Positions 40,762 to 50,900 of a stretch of DNA of 64,000 nucleotides are shown piece after piece (position 1 is the stretch's first letter; every line of letters starts with the position of its first letter). The DNA comes from Trypanosoma brucei (taxonomy: Eukaryota). The position numbers were made by a program, and so were the translations under genes. The notes below the pieces were generated by a model. It did not search any database, was not told where the DNA came from, and worked only from the letters and a program-made list of their open reading frames with translations. The DNA lies in assembly GCA_000002445.1 (NCBI GenBank), contig CP000071.1, positions 1,728,001-1,792,000 of the forward strand, written 5' to 3'.

Positions 40762-43700
40762 ATGGCACAACTTGACCAGTTGCTTGAGGAGTATCTTCGC
40801 GTTATTAACGCGAAGGATGGCGAAATCCACGAACTCATCCGCGTGCTTGAGGAGCTACGGTGTGAAGGGAAGAAGAAGGATGAGGCTCACAAATCACATG
40901 CCCAAAAGATTAGCAACGAGTTAGATAAAGTTATGAGGAAGGCGAAGAAGTTGGAACAAAAGAACCGTACATGCGAAGATCAGATAGATAAACTTGTAAA
41001 GGAGAATGAAGCTTTGAGTATAGACTTTCAAAAAGTGCAACATAGTTTAATGGATGCCGAAAAGATCATAGAGGAAAATAAGAGAGCGCATGAGACCGCG
41101 CTTGAGGAACTCCAGCAGACTTATAGCGGTGTGGTCTCCAAATTTTCGACGGAACGGGAAGAGTTGAAAGCCCATCAATCGGAAATTCAGAAAGAGCTTG
41201 AGGAAGCTCTGAAATCTGTGGATGAATGTAGGCTGAAGGAGGAAGAAATTCGAAAACTGGAAGTGAGGATTGCCGCGTTAACGCAGTCAGTGGAAGATGC
41301 ACGGAGGGAAATGCAGTCGATGGTTCCTGCGGAGCGCGTTAAGCAAATCGTAAGTGAACATGAAGAGGAGTTGCGCACAGTAAGGAAAGCCTGTGCCGAA
41401 GAGTTTGACGAAGTTTCAGCGCAGTTATCTGATGCTCAGAAATCGGGACGCAAAATGAAAGAAAAACTCAAAGAACTGAAAGAATCATATGGTCAGTTGA
41501 AGGACAAGCTGGACGAAACTACTTGCGAGCTGGAAGAAGTTCGCAAACTTCGTCAGAAGGAGCAAGAAACTCACAACGAGGTGCGATCCAGGCAGCAGGA
41601 AGAAATTGAGCAGGCTATTCACGCGGCCAAGTCATCGACAGAGAAGCTGTGTGCCATGACTGGCCAATTGCGGCAGTGCGAAGTTGACGCGCAAACTATG
41701 GAGCAGCGATGGAAGGAAGTGTCGGCGACTCTTGAGCAGGAGCGCAGCCGCAACACACGCGATCGTGAGCAGATGAATTCCCAACTGGAGGCGTCTCAGG
41801 CTCAGGTGACGGAAATCAAGGCGGAGATGAGTCGGCTGCGCGTCCAACTGGAGCAGGGCGCAACCAAACTGAAGGAATGCCAAGATGCTCTTGCTTCGTC
41901 TAAAGAAGCGAGCAGCCGAGCAGCTGCGGATTCGCGAGAGTCAATTGCACTCATCGCCTCTGATCGGGACCGCTTAAAGGAGGACAGGGATCGGGTGGCC
42001 TTTGAGTTAAAGGAAGCTGAACATCGGCTAAGCATGGAAAGAGATCGTGCTTCCGATGCGAGAAGAGAGTTATCAAGGCGTCTTGACGATGCTGCGCACA
42101 CCATAGAGCGGATGCGGGATCAGCTGAAGGACAAGGAGCATCAACTGCAACTGTTGTCAACCGCGCATGAGAAAAAAATCCAGGAACTCGCATTTGAGCA
42201 TAACAATAAGTTGGGCGACTGCAAGTCCCAGAAGAAAAATGCTATTGATGATGTGCGCAGGCAGCTTGAAGCCGCGAATCTTCGCTTGACCGAAGAAATG
42301 TCGGGTAACAAGGCGCTTCAATGTGAACTTAACTCCGCCCGTGAGGCACTGGCCAATGTGCGTGACGAATGCGAAAGGTGGGCCAAGGAAGCCAAGGAAA
42401 GCGCACGGCGACAGGAAGCGGCGACATCTGAGGCATCAAGCTTGCGCGCGTCTTTAGCAAAGCAACAGGAGCTCCTTGCGGCTGCCGCTGAGTGTGAGAA
42501 AACCCTCTGTAAAGCAGCAGAGCATGCCAACGCAGAAAAAGAAATGGAGATCAAGCGACGTGAGCTCCTTGAACGCACCCTTGAAGACACTAAGAGAGAG
42601 GTCGTTGCCAGGCGGGATGAGGTGCAGGAGCTGCGCACAAGGATTGATAAGGAGAATAACAACACTTTAGCGAAAGAACTTATGGAATGCGAGGCAAGGT
42701 TCCGCGAGAGCCAGCGCTCCCTTGAGCGGACACAGCGGGAGATGGTTGATGTGCAACGTTGTGGGGAAACGCTACAAGCGACCAATAAGGCGCTTGAAGA
42801 AAAATGTCGAGTGGCCGAGAGGTCCCAGCGGGAGGTTGAAGAGGAGCTTCGTCGGTTAAAAGGCGAAATTCTGTCGAAGGAGACGGAGTGTGCGCGGGTA
42901 GCGCAGCATGCGCGTGAAGCTGAAGATGCTGCGAAGCAGAGCTGTGAGCATATGGAGCGTGAAATAACCCAACGTGAGACTACCATTGCGGCGTTACAAC
43001 AGGAAATTTCTGCGCTCTCCGAGGAGCGAACCAAAGTGGCACTGTTGGAAGAACGGATGCAGCACCAGGTGGATATGGCCCGCCGTGACTCAGACAACTT
43101 GCAAGCTCGCGTAGAGTTTCTCGAGAGGGAGGTCCAGGATCGTGAGGAGAAAATCCAGCAGAAACACAAGGAGATGTTGCAAACGGTGGATCGCTTACAA
43201 ACCCTACAGGAGCGCGCTGTGGAATTGGAAGAGGCGATGGCGCCGAAGGAGAAGAAACACACCATGCGAAAGGAGGCGCTTCGTAAGGCGCTTCAGCAAG
43301 TGGATGAGGTGAACAAGCTCCGGTCAGAACTGGAGCGCCACCTGGAAAAGGTAAAGGCGTCGCGAGAAGAGGAATCTAGAATTTACAAAGCACAAATTCA
43401 CCAACAGGATGAACGAATGAGGGTACTCCTGGAGAAACATCGGGAAATGGAGCGCCAACTAGTGGCTCAAGAGAGAGATCTCAAAGCAGCAGCAAATGAG
43501 CAGATGACGTTGCAGCAACGGTTGGCGGTGATACGCGACAGAGAGCAAGTTAACGTTGGTAAGCACAGCGAGGAGCAACAGAAGATGCAGGAAAAGTTGG
43601 ATGCAATGAGCAGCGAACTCGCGCGTGCGCACGCCACAATCAAAAGTGTGGAGGAGGAGAAAAACAATTCAGTGTGTGAAGCGAGTGACGTGCAACGTAG

Positions 43701-45000
43701 GACGGCGGTAAACTCTAACCGCCTACTTATCACCTATGCTGATGACGCATTAATGACCAAAGAGATGTTTGGTGAGTTTGCCATTAGCATCGCCACTCGC
43801 CTCTTACGAGGTGTTAATAGTATCGCCAACAAGGGGTGTGACAGCGCCCTTTTATGCATGAGAGAGTACACTGAAGAGGCTGAGAAGCAGCAACTGAGAC
43901 TTAAACGTGAGATTGATGATCTAAAATACGCCCACGCGGAGCGTGTTCGAAAACTTGAGGAGGAGAATAGTAAGGAAATGGCAAAACAGGCGCAACATCA
44001 CGCTGCAGAGTTGGCAAAACTACGTCAGGAATTATCCGATGCATCGGCACGTGCAGGCCAAGAGATAGAAAACCAGCTGAAGGATTACCGCCGCAAAGAG
44101 GAGCAATTCCACCGTGAGAAGACGGAGTTAGAGTGCGCACGTGTTGAGATGGCTCATCAAATGGGTCAAATCTCTTCACTCAAGGATCAGCTTCGGACCC
44201 TTGAGCAGCGTATGGATACCGAACGTATTGCTCTTGAGCAGGAGAAACGCGTAATACAACAACAGTACGATCGGGCTAGTCGGCGCTTGGATGAGTGCGC
44301 AACGGTACAGAGCCAAAGTGAGGTAGAACTGCGTGAGCTCCGGAGCGAACTGACAAATGCACAACAGGCATTGCACGAGAAAGAGAAAGCTTTGCTTGTT
44401 GAGCGTGAAAAGAATTCTCAGGCAGTTTACCAACTGGAAGCCGTTAACACTGCGAAGGAGATGCTGTACACACAATTAAATGATGCAAATAGGAAAGCGC
44501 TTAATATAAAGCAGCAGCTGCTGTCTGCTCGGCAGGAGGCACAACAAGCAACTGCAGCAGCTACAGCAGAAAGGCAGAGATTGGAGGAGCGGATATCTGA
44601 TCTTGCGAAGGCGGTTAGCGCCCACGACATGGAGAATCGCCGCCTTGACGGTCAGATACGCAGTGATGAGAAGAAGTTTATTGCTCTTGAGAGAGAACTG
44701 GCGGAATCTCGCAAGCGGGAGGCGGAGATGTCCTGTCAACTGCAGGCTCGAAGGTTAGAAAATTCATCCCTGAGGGAGCGGTGCGCAAACTTGGAGTCGC
44801 TCAAAAATATTAATGACGTTACCCTTGCTGAGACTCGTATGCGGGAGAAAGATCTCTTTGAAAAAATAGAAGAAATGCGCAGCGCACAACAACTGATGCA
44901 ATTGTGTTTCGACAAGCAGCAGGAACAACTGGAGGCAGGACGACGCATGCACGAAGAAGACACAGGTACAAACGAGTTCATGTTTGGAGGTGTCGATTGA
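40762..45000 (+). CDS. Very large coiled-coil protein (1412 aa), hypothetical. Likely a cytoskeletal/flagellar or nuclear structural protein
   Basis: An uninterrupted 4.24 kb ORF with ATG start, E/K/R/Q/L-rich heptad periodicity throughout (...LEEVRKLRQKEQETHNEVRSRQQEEIEQ...). The only non-coiled segment is at about residues 990-1040. Confidence 0.7.
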   Translation: MAQLDQLLEEYLRVINAKDGEIHELIRVLEELRCEGKKKDEAHKSHAQKISNELDKVMRKAKKLEQKNRTCEDQIDKLVKENEALSIDFQKVQHSLMDAEKIIEENKRAHETALEELQQTYSGVVSKFSTEREELKAHQSEIQKELEEALKSVDECRLKEEEIRKLEVRIAALTQSVEDARREMQSMVPAERVKQIVSEHEEELRTVRKACAEEFDEVSAQLSDAQKSGRKMKEKLKELKESYGQLKDKLDETTCELEEVRKLRQKEQETHNEVRSRQQEEIEQAIHAAKSSTEKLCAMTGQLRQCEVDAQTMEQRWKEVSATLEQERSRNTRDREQMNSQLEASQAQVTEIKAEMSRLRVQLEQGATKLKECQDALASSKEASSRAAADSRESIALIASDRDRLKEDRDRVAFELKEAEHRLSMERDRASDARRELSRRLDDAAHTIERMRDQLKDKEHQLQLLSTAHEKKIQELAFEHNNKLGDCKSQKKNAIDDVRRQLEAANLRLTEEMSGNKALQCELNSAREALANVRDECERWAKEAKESARRQEAATSEASSLRASLAKQQELLAAAAECEKTLCKAAEHANAEKEMEIKRRELLERTLEDTKREVVARRDEVQELRTRIDKENNNTLAKELMECEARFRESQRSLERTQREMVDVQRCGETLQATNKALEEKCRVAERSQREVEEELRRLKGEILSKETECARVAQHAREAEDAAKQSCEHMEREITQRETTIAALQQEISALSEERTKVALLEERMQHQVDMARRDSDNLQARVEFLEREVQDREEKIQQKHKEMLQTVDRLQTLQERAVELEEAMAPKEKKHTMRKEALRKALQQVDEVNKLRSELERHLEKVKASREEESRIYKAQIHQQDERMRVLLEKHREMERQLVAQERDLKAAANEQMTLQQRLAVIRDREQVNVGKHSEEQQKMQEKLDAMSSELARAHATIKSVEEEKNNSVCEASDVQRRTAVNSNRLLITYADDALMTKEMFGEFAISIATRLLRGVNSIANKGCDSALLCMREYTEEAEKQQLRLKREIDDLKYAHAERVRKLEEENSKEMAKQAQHHAAELAKLRQELSDASARAGQEIENQLKDYRRKEEQFHREKTELECARVEMAHQMGQISSLKDQLRTLEQRMDTERIALEQEKRVIQQQYDRASRRLDECATVQSQSEVELRELRSELTNAQQALHEKEKALLVEREKNSQAVYQLEAVNTAKEMLYTQLNDANRKALNIKQQLLSARQEAQQATAAATAERQRLEERISDLAKAVSAHDMENRRLDGQIRSDEKKFIALERELAESRKREAEMSCQLQARRLENSSLRERCANLESLKNINDVTLAETRMREKDLFEKIEEMRSAQQLMQLCFDKQQEQLEAGRRMHEEDTGTNEFMFGGVD

Positions 45001-46416
45001 AGTGGATGAATTTGTAGTTCAGGTAGTTTCTTCTAGTTGTTTGCCTTGTTTTTGTTGTTGTTGTTGTTGCGCCCCTTCTATGAACATAGATACACAGCAT
45101 AAATTTTTGTGTGCAACCAGTCGGTTGTGCTTTCTTTCTCTTTTCTGCGGCATTTTTTCATCTTTTGAGGGATGGGGCGGAGTGGACCTTAGCGCACTCT
45201 CTCTTTACTTTTGTTTCCATTATTATTATTATTATCATTATTATTATTATTTTGTTCCTTACACTGTTTACTCCTTCTTTTCATCGTATGAGATAATACG
45301 GGACGCAGCGTGGCTATATATACAATTTTTTTTTTTTGAGGTTGTAATCTTTCCGCAAAATCAACCGGAAGAGGGGGTGGTTTCTCCACAGCGTTGTTAT
45401 TTGTCAGATCACTAATTGCTGCTGCTGCCTTTTGTTTCTCTTCCCCAGTTAACCGTCTAAATTGTAGACCATGCTTTCCTTTTGGATGAATTTTCCAATT
45501 TAATTAGTTGTAGTGTTTACTTGTTAGGTTGTCTCTCTTTTTTAAAAAAAAAATGTAGCTTCGTAACCCGCCTTGCTGCATTGCGTGACCCCAAAGCGTC
45601 GCGGGTGATTTATTTATTTTATTTTTCTTTAAAAAAGAGGAGAATGAGTTTGTTTGTTTGTTTGTTAAGGAGCGCATTGAAATGCACCGAAGCAGAAAAA
45701 AAAAGTGATGGTCGAAGCGTGTGGTGGAAAACTCCACGTTGGTAACGTGACGGTTGGCGCTGCTCGCAGTACAAATGTGTAATGCCGTTTTAAATGACGC
45801 GTCTCATAGGCTTTGAATATTTAATTGAGAGTTGATGCAACTGACATCTGCGGGATGGTGGCCTGAAGTGCAACATGAGTCCGTGCGGGAGTGCAGTGAT
45901 GCCTGACAGCACCAAAAGGAAAAATCAACAGCCACCGGCGGACAAATTTTTTTTTTCTTTTCCTCTATACCTCCTTCCCTCCCTCCCCCTGTTTCTTTGC
46001 GTCCCTTCTAAATTTTAATTTAAAATTGTGTTGTTAATATGCCCGGTGAGAAGGTCCATATAAGTTGATCGTTTGTAGGTGAGGAGTCATGGCTGAGTAT
46101 GCAATGTTTCGAAGTGTCCTCGAATTTACGTATTATTTTTTTTTGGTTACGGATTGTTGGGTGTATCCGCAGTGATGCGTGTTTGCAGGGAAACATGTAA
46201 GTGGTAGCTACTGGTTGCTGTTTGTTGTTGTTGTTGTAGAATTTCTCTTTCCTCCATTTTCTTTTCTCGAACTCCTCCTCACATCTGAAGCAATCCGCTG
46301 CTGTGCGTGGCAGGGAATAAAGAAGAATACAGGACGAGGATCGTATAGGTGAAGGTGGTTACGTGTTTGTGTTTCTTGTTTTGTTTCACAAATAGGAGAG
46401 GGGAAGGGAGAAGGCA

Positions 46417-47418
46417 ATGAAGAGTGTATTTGTAGCATCTAGTATGGCTGTGGCTGCAGGTTGGGCTTACGTACGTCACCTGCAACTTCCAGCAGGTCCC
46501 ACACGTTTAAGTTGGGGAAGTTTAGTGTTTGGCCACCGCGGCTGCAGAGGAGTACTTGGCGTTCCTGAGAATACTCTTGACGCCTTTAAATATGCACTTT
46601 CCCGAGGTGCTGCTGGTATCGAGGTGGATGTACGACTAACGAAAGATAACGAACTTGTTGTGTTCCATGATGCCGTGGCTAATGGACAGTTGAAGGGTGT
46701 TCCGGCGACGAAACGGATTGATGAACTCACGCTCCTTCAACTAAAGGAGCTTCCTTTTATCACTGATCCCACGGGGCAGATTCGCGTCCCAACACTAGAA
46801 GATTCTGTGCTGTTCTGTCGTGAGAACAACCTTAAAATGCTTATTGAAGTGAAGGAAAGAAATCGATCGCGGTTATGTGTTGATAGGTTACTTGACCTCT
46901 ACAAGCGGTACCCAGATTACATGTATGAGCAAACGACAGTTATTTCATTTGACCCACGAGTGCTGTATTATGTCCGTCAGCGGGACCGCAACGTCGCTGT
47001 AGGACAAATTCATTCGGGTCAGGTTTTACGGACGTGGATTCAAACCGGTGGTGAAAGCGTATCATGGGCGGTACGTGTTTGCCCTGGTATTCTAGACAGA
47101 ATACTTCATTGGGTGCAGCAAAGCATCAGTCCGTGGGTGGCCGGTGTTTCAATGGTATGCCCATATTACAAACTTTATTCGGAAAAATACAAGCGCCGCT
47201 GGCATACGCGTAAGATTGGAATTGCAGTTTGGGGTTTTACAAATCCAACAGAATGCACTTGGGAGATGCGGGTGCCGGGAGTTGTTGTTGAGTGCGATGA
47301 CAATCACGAAGAGTTTGCAGCTCCGAAGCAGCCGCCAGATTTTGACATATTTGGTGATAGGGCTCGAGAGCGAGAGGAGGAACAGCAGAGGAGAGCAGCA
47401 AAACTTCCCAGCAAATGA
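46417..47418 (+). CDS. Glycerophosphodiester phosphodiesterase (GDPD/GP-PDE family) with an N-terminal hydrophobic signal/anchor
   Basis: The GDPD signature HRGCRG...ENTLDAF..AL..GAAGIEVDVRLTKDNELVVFHD, plus a downstream E..K and catalytic-region similarity. An acidic/basic tail at the C-terminus. Confidence 0.8.
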   Translation: MKSVFVASSMAVAAGWAYVRHLQLPAGPTRLSWGSLVFGHRGCRGVLGVPENTLDAFKYALSRGAAGIEVDVRLTKDNELVVFHDAVANGQLKGVPATKRIDELTLLQLKELPFITDPTGQIRVPTLEDSVLFCRENNLKMLIEVKERNRSRLCVDRLLDLYKRYPDYMYEQTTVISFDPRVLYYVRQRDRNVAVGQIHSGQVLRTWIQTGGESVSWAVRVCPGILDRILHWVQQSISPWVAGVSMVCPYYKLYSEKYKRRWHTRKIGIAVWGFTNPTECTWEMRVPGVVVECDDNHEEFAAPKQPPDFDIFGDRAREREEEQQRRAAKLPSK

Positions 47419-47588
47419 AAACCCCTCCAAAATAATAATAATAATAAAGGAAAACTGAAAAAGAAGGGAGAAAAGGGAAGGGACAGGACGCGGTTAGTGT
47501 GAACGAAGGAAAAGAAAGAAGTGAGAGATCATGAGGAAATGTATATGTGCATGCAGTATGTTTTGAATACAAATGTATTTTTTTTTTT

Positions 47589-47657
47589 GGTGTGTGTGTG
47601 TCTGTGTTTGTGTGCAGCTGTGTACACATATATATATATATTTGTGTGTGTGTGTGT
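47589..47657. repeat. Imperfect (GT)n microsatellites flanking a short (TA)n run
   Basis: gtgtgtgtgtgtctgtgtttgtgtg ... tatatatatatatttgtgtgtgtgtgtgtat seen directly (coordinates approximate). Confidence 0.75.
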
Positions 47658-48548
47658 ATTTGTCCGTGGAGTGTATGCTGGAAGAGAATGCGAGCACGTG
47701 CGTATTATATTCCCTTTTGAAGGAAAACGCATGGAAGAGGAGTCACTGGAGGAAAAGGAAGTGTAAAAGGGACACATGCAGGCGTGTTTGTTTATTCGAC
47801 CTGAGGAAAGTTTTGGGAAAAGGGCGCGAAAACATAACACTGAAAATTTGTGGTTATTCATCATAGAGTCTGAACCGTGTTGTCATCTTTCTTTGTTCCT
47901 AATTTTCTTCCTTTTGTTGTTGTTTTGTATTCCCCATTCCCTGCTTCCTTTCTCCCGTGTGTATGTACCCATTTACTTAATGCACAATTTTGTCGCTCCG
48001 TAACGCCATTTGTAGGGAGCCGTGCGTGTTTGTGTTTTTTTTTTTTCTTGTTTCGATTTGTTCCCCGATTGGTTTTGTTTTGTCATTATCATAATTGTCA
48101 TTATTTTTTTTTTCTTCAGTTTTCTTGGTCACCTCCCGTCTCTTTGTTTCTTCGTTCCCTTTGTTTTTCTTTCTCAAAAGTATGGGTCCATATTCCCTCA
48201 TTCCTTCGTTCCCTTTGTTTTTTTGTACAAGTTAAATGATTCTTGTAATAAAGGTGTGAAGGGAGTTTGAGGAAAGGTGAAAAGGAAGAAGTCACTGCTT
48301 TCCCTTTTTGACTTCTGCAAAAAAAGAAAAAGTTCGGGCGTCCTTTTTTTTTTGTTACTTCCTTTTTTGTTTGTCTGCTATATATATATATATATAATCG
48401 TCCTTGTGGGTGCGATCGGCGTACTGTTCTTTATTTCACATGACGTGGTGCTGTGTGAGTGGTGCTGTTGGTAGTGGCATCATTTCCCTCTTTTTTTTTT
48501 TCGTTTCTTTTTCTTTTTCTTTTTTCCTTTTACTTTGTTTCACTTTTA

Positions 48549-48640
48549 GTTGTTATTGTTATTGTTATTGTTGTTGTTGTTGGATGCTGCTGTGGGCGAT
48601 ATGAAGTGCAGCATAAGTGGTGGTGGTGGTGGTGGTGGTG
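48549..48640. repeat. Trinucleotide microsatellites: (GTT/ATT)n followed by (GGT)8
   Basis: gttattgttattgttattgttgttgttgttgg ... ggtggtggtggtggtggtggtg, inside the long low-complexity intergenic region. Confidence 0.75.
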
Positions 48641-50350
48641 TAGAGGAGGAAATGAGTGAAGTTGTGAGGAAACCATTTTGTTGCATTAGGAATTGTTACT
48701 GCATTTATATGCATGTGTACACTTGCGTCATGCTTTATCTGTTATTCTTTCTTTTTCCTTTTTCTTTTTTCTCTTACATTTGGAGTGAGGAGAGGAAGAT
48801 AAGGACAAACTTGCGTGTATTTGCTCCTTTTTTTTTCTTCCTCTCTTTTTTTTTTCTGTTCTTGTTTGAATGACTTAGTTTCATTAGTTGAGGTTTAGAA
48901 AAGAAGGAGAGAAGAGACAGAGAGAGAAAGAAAAAGAAAAAGAAAATCAAAGACAAAAAAAACAAAAACAAAAATAGGGAAAGTGACATCAAATATGCAG
49001 AGACGGATATCACAATGCTTTTGGCAGCGACAGCAGTAAAGGCATATGAAGGATGTGTGAAGAAGATTTTAATACCATTAATTGTGGCGCGTAAATACAA
49101 TTCATGCACGCATGCGTTCATTCCTTTCTTTCTTTCTTTCTTTTTTTACATGAGAAACGTTTGTTCCTTCAGTTGGATTTGTTATGTCGAGTCCTTAGAG
49201 GTGTTGAATAAGAAACTGAAGCATCAGTCGAAACATTTACATGTAAGACCGTTACATCCCCGGATGGAAAAAGAGAGGGATTCTATTTGTGTATGTATGT
49301 GTGTAAACTCATGGATAATTCTTGGGTGTATTTAATATAATTAATGGATTGATTTTTTTTTTAAAGAATAAAAAAATAATAGAATAGGAGATAAAATGAG
49401 AGAGGGAACATCAATTTCACACTATGAACCGAGCCCCGCATATGTGGAGGTGAATATGTGTTTATATGTCCTTGTTATTATTATATGATACTGCTTGCTT
49501 ATTCGTTTTTCTTCCATATTGTTTTGCATTATTTAAATTATAAAAAAAAATGCAATAAAAATGTCTACAACATTCAAAAGTTGTGCTGCCGTTTTCTCTT
49601 TTCCCCCCCTTTAATTACATGCTATTACTGTTTTGCTTCTCTGTTCTTCATTTCTTTTCTTTTCTTCCGTTTTTTTTCTTTCTTTCCTTTTTTTTTCGGT
49701 TTGTCTTGTTTTGTAGGACTTTTGTCTGCTATTCTCTTTTTGTTGTTCTTTCACATACTCTTTCTTTTTTTTTTTTTGCGGTCTGTTTTGTATATAAAAA
49801 GAGAGGAAAAAGTATTTTGCCTTTTACGAAAACTCTTGTATATTCGTACTCCACATAGACAGTAGCGGAAAGAAAAAAAAATAGGACGTTGTACATAATT
49901 AACTAATTTAGCTGAAGCGTTTGGAAGAAGCCGAGGATAAATAAATAGATAAATAAAATAAAACTACACGAAAAAAAAAGAAAAAAGTGCATAAAACAAA
50001 AGAAAAAATTAGTATACGTATATATTTATATTCATACAAATCAAGATCTTGCGTGCACAGGTTCGGTGTTATAGACATTTGGTGAAGTGAATATTATTAT
50101 TATTATTATTGTTGTTGCCGTTGAATTGAGAAGAGAAAGATAGAGAAAAAGAAACAGGCTTTATATTATTTGCTTGTTTGTTTGAGTTGTGTCGTTGCGA
50201 AGTTTAGGAAAGTTGCACTGGTAGGGAAATTTTGGAAGCGCCACATCCGTTTATATATTTCTTCGCTTATATACGGCCAAAGAGCGAAGGGAACGGGCAA
50301 GGTATTTGGAGGTTGCTGTTGTTATTCTTATTACTTTTTTTGAGCACTAA

Positions 50351-50818
50351 ATGTCTACAAACGGTAATTCCGTAACAACGCGACTCATGAGTGAGCTTAA
50401 GGAATTGGTGAGCTGCGGTGCGGAGGGTATTAGCGCCTTCCCTGTGAGTGATAATCTTTTTCATTGGATTGCCACGCTGCAGGGCGCACCCAATACTTTT
50501 TACGAGGGTCTCGAGTACAAACTTTCTATTGAATTTCCTCAAGAGTACCCCTATTCTGCACCGGATGTGCGATTCATTACACCATGTTTTCACCCCAATG
50601 TGGATTCTCATGGTGCCATATGCCTCGACATCCTCAAGGAGAAGTGGAGCGCCGTCTACAGTCTTTCAAAGATTCTCCTTTCCATTCAAAGCCTTCTCGG
50701 AAACCCAAATAATCAATCACCACTGAACCACCGCGCCGCTACACTTTGGGGTGATGAACAGGCCTTCCGAGCAGAAGTGCTTGCGTACAGGGAAGCGAAG
50801 GCAAACGCCTCGTGTTGA
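50351..50818 (+). CDS. Ubiquitin-conjugating enzyme E2 (UBC fold)
   Basis: UBC domain with the HPN motif and catalytic Cys (FHPNVDSHGAICLDILKEKWSAVYSLSKILLSIQSLLGNPN..SPLN); 155 aa. Confidence 0.92.
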   Translation: MSTNGNSVTTRLMSELKELVSCGAEGISAFPVSDNLFHWIATLQGAPNTFYEGLEYKLSIEFPQEYPYSAPDVRFITPCFHPNVDSHGAICLDILKEKWSAVYSLSKILLSIQSLLGNPNNQSPLNHRAATLWGDEQAFRAEVLAYREAKANASC

Positions 50819-50864
50819 TGAGCAAACAAAATTACTGCTTTAATGATGTGCATGTACAATATTC

Positions 50865-50900
<36 letters not shown>
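50865..50900. repeat. (AT)n microsatellite immediately followed by (GT)n
   Basis: atatatatatatatatatatatgtgtgtgtgtgtgt, 50 nt downstream of the E2 stop codon. Confidence 0.8.

Noticed and set aside
42318-43265. A 315-aa minus-strand ORF, Ser/Arg/Cys-rich, inside the coiled-coil gene
   Set aside because: It is an antisense artefact: GAG/AAG/CGC-rich coding sequence gives stop-poor complementary frames. The translation is low-complexity.
47419-50350. Short ORFs in the long low-complexity gaps (e.g. 49015-49335, 49458-49865, 51033-51284, 52003-52338)
   Set aside because: Their translations are F/L/S/C-rich repeats of T-rich DNA, several use non-ATG starts, and none has protein-like complexity.
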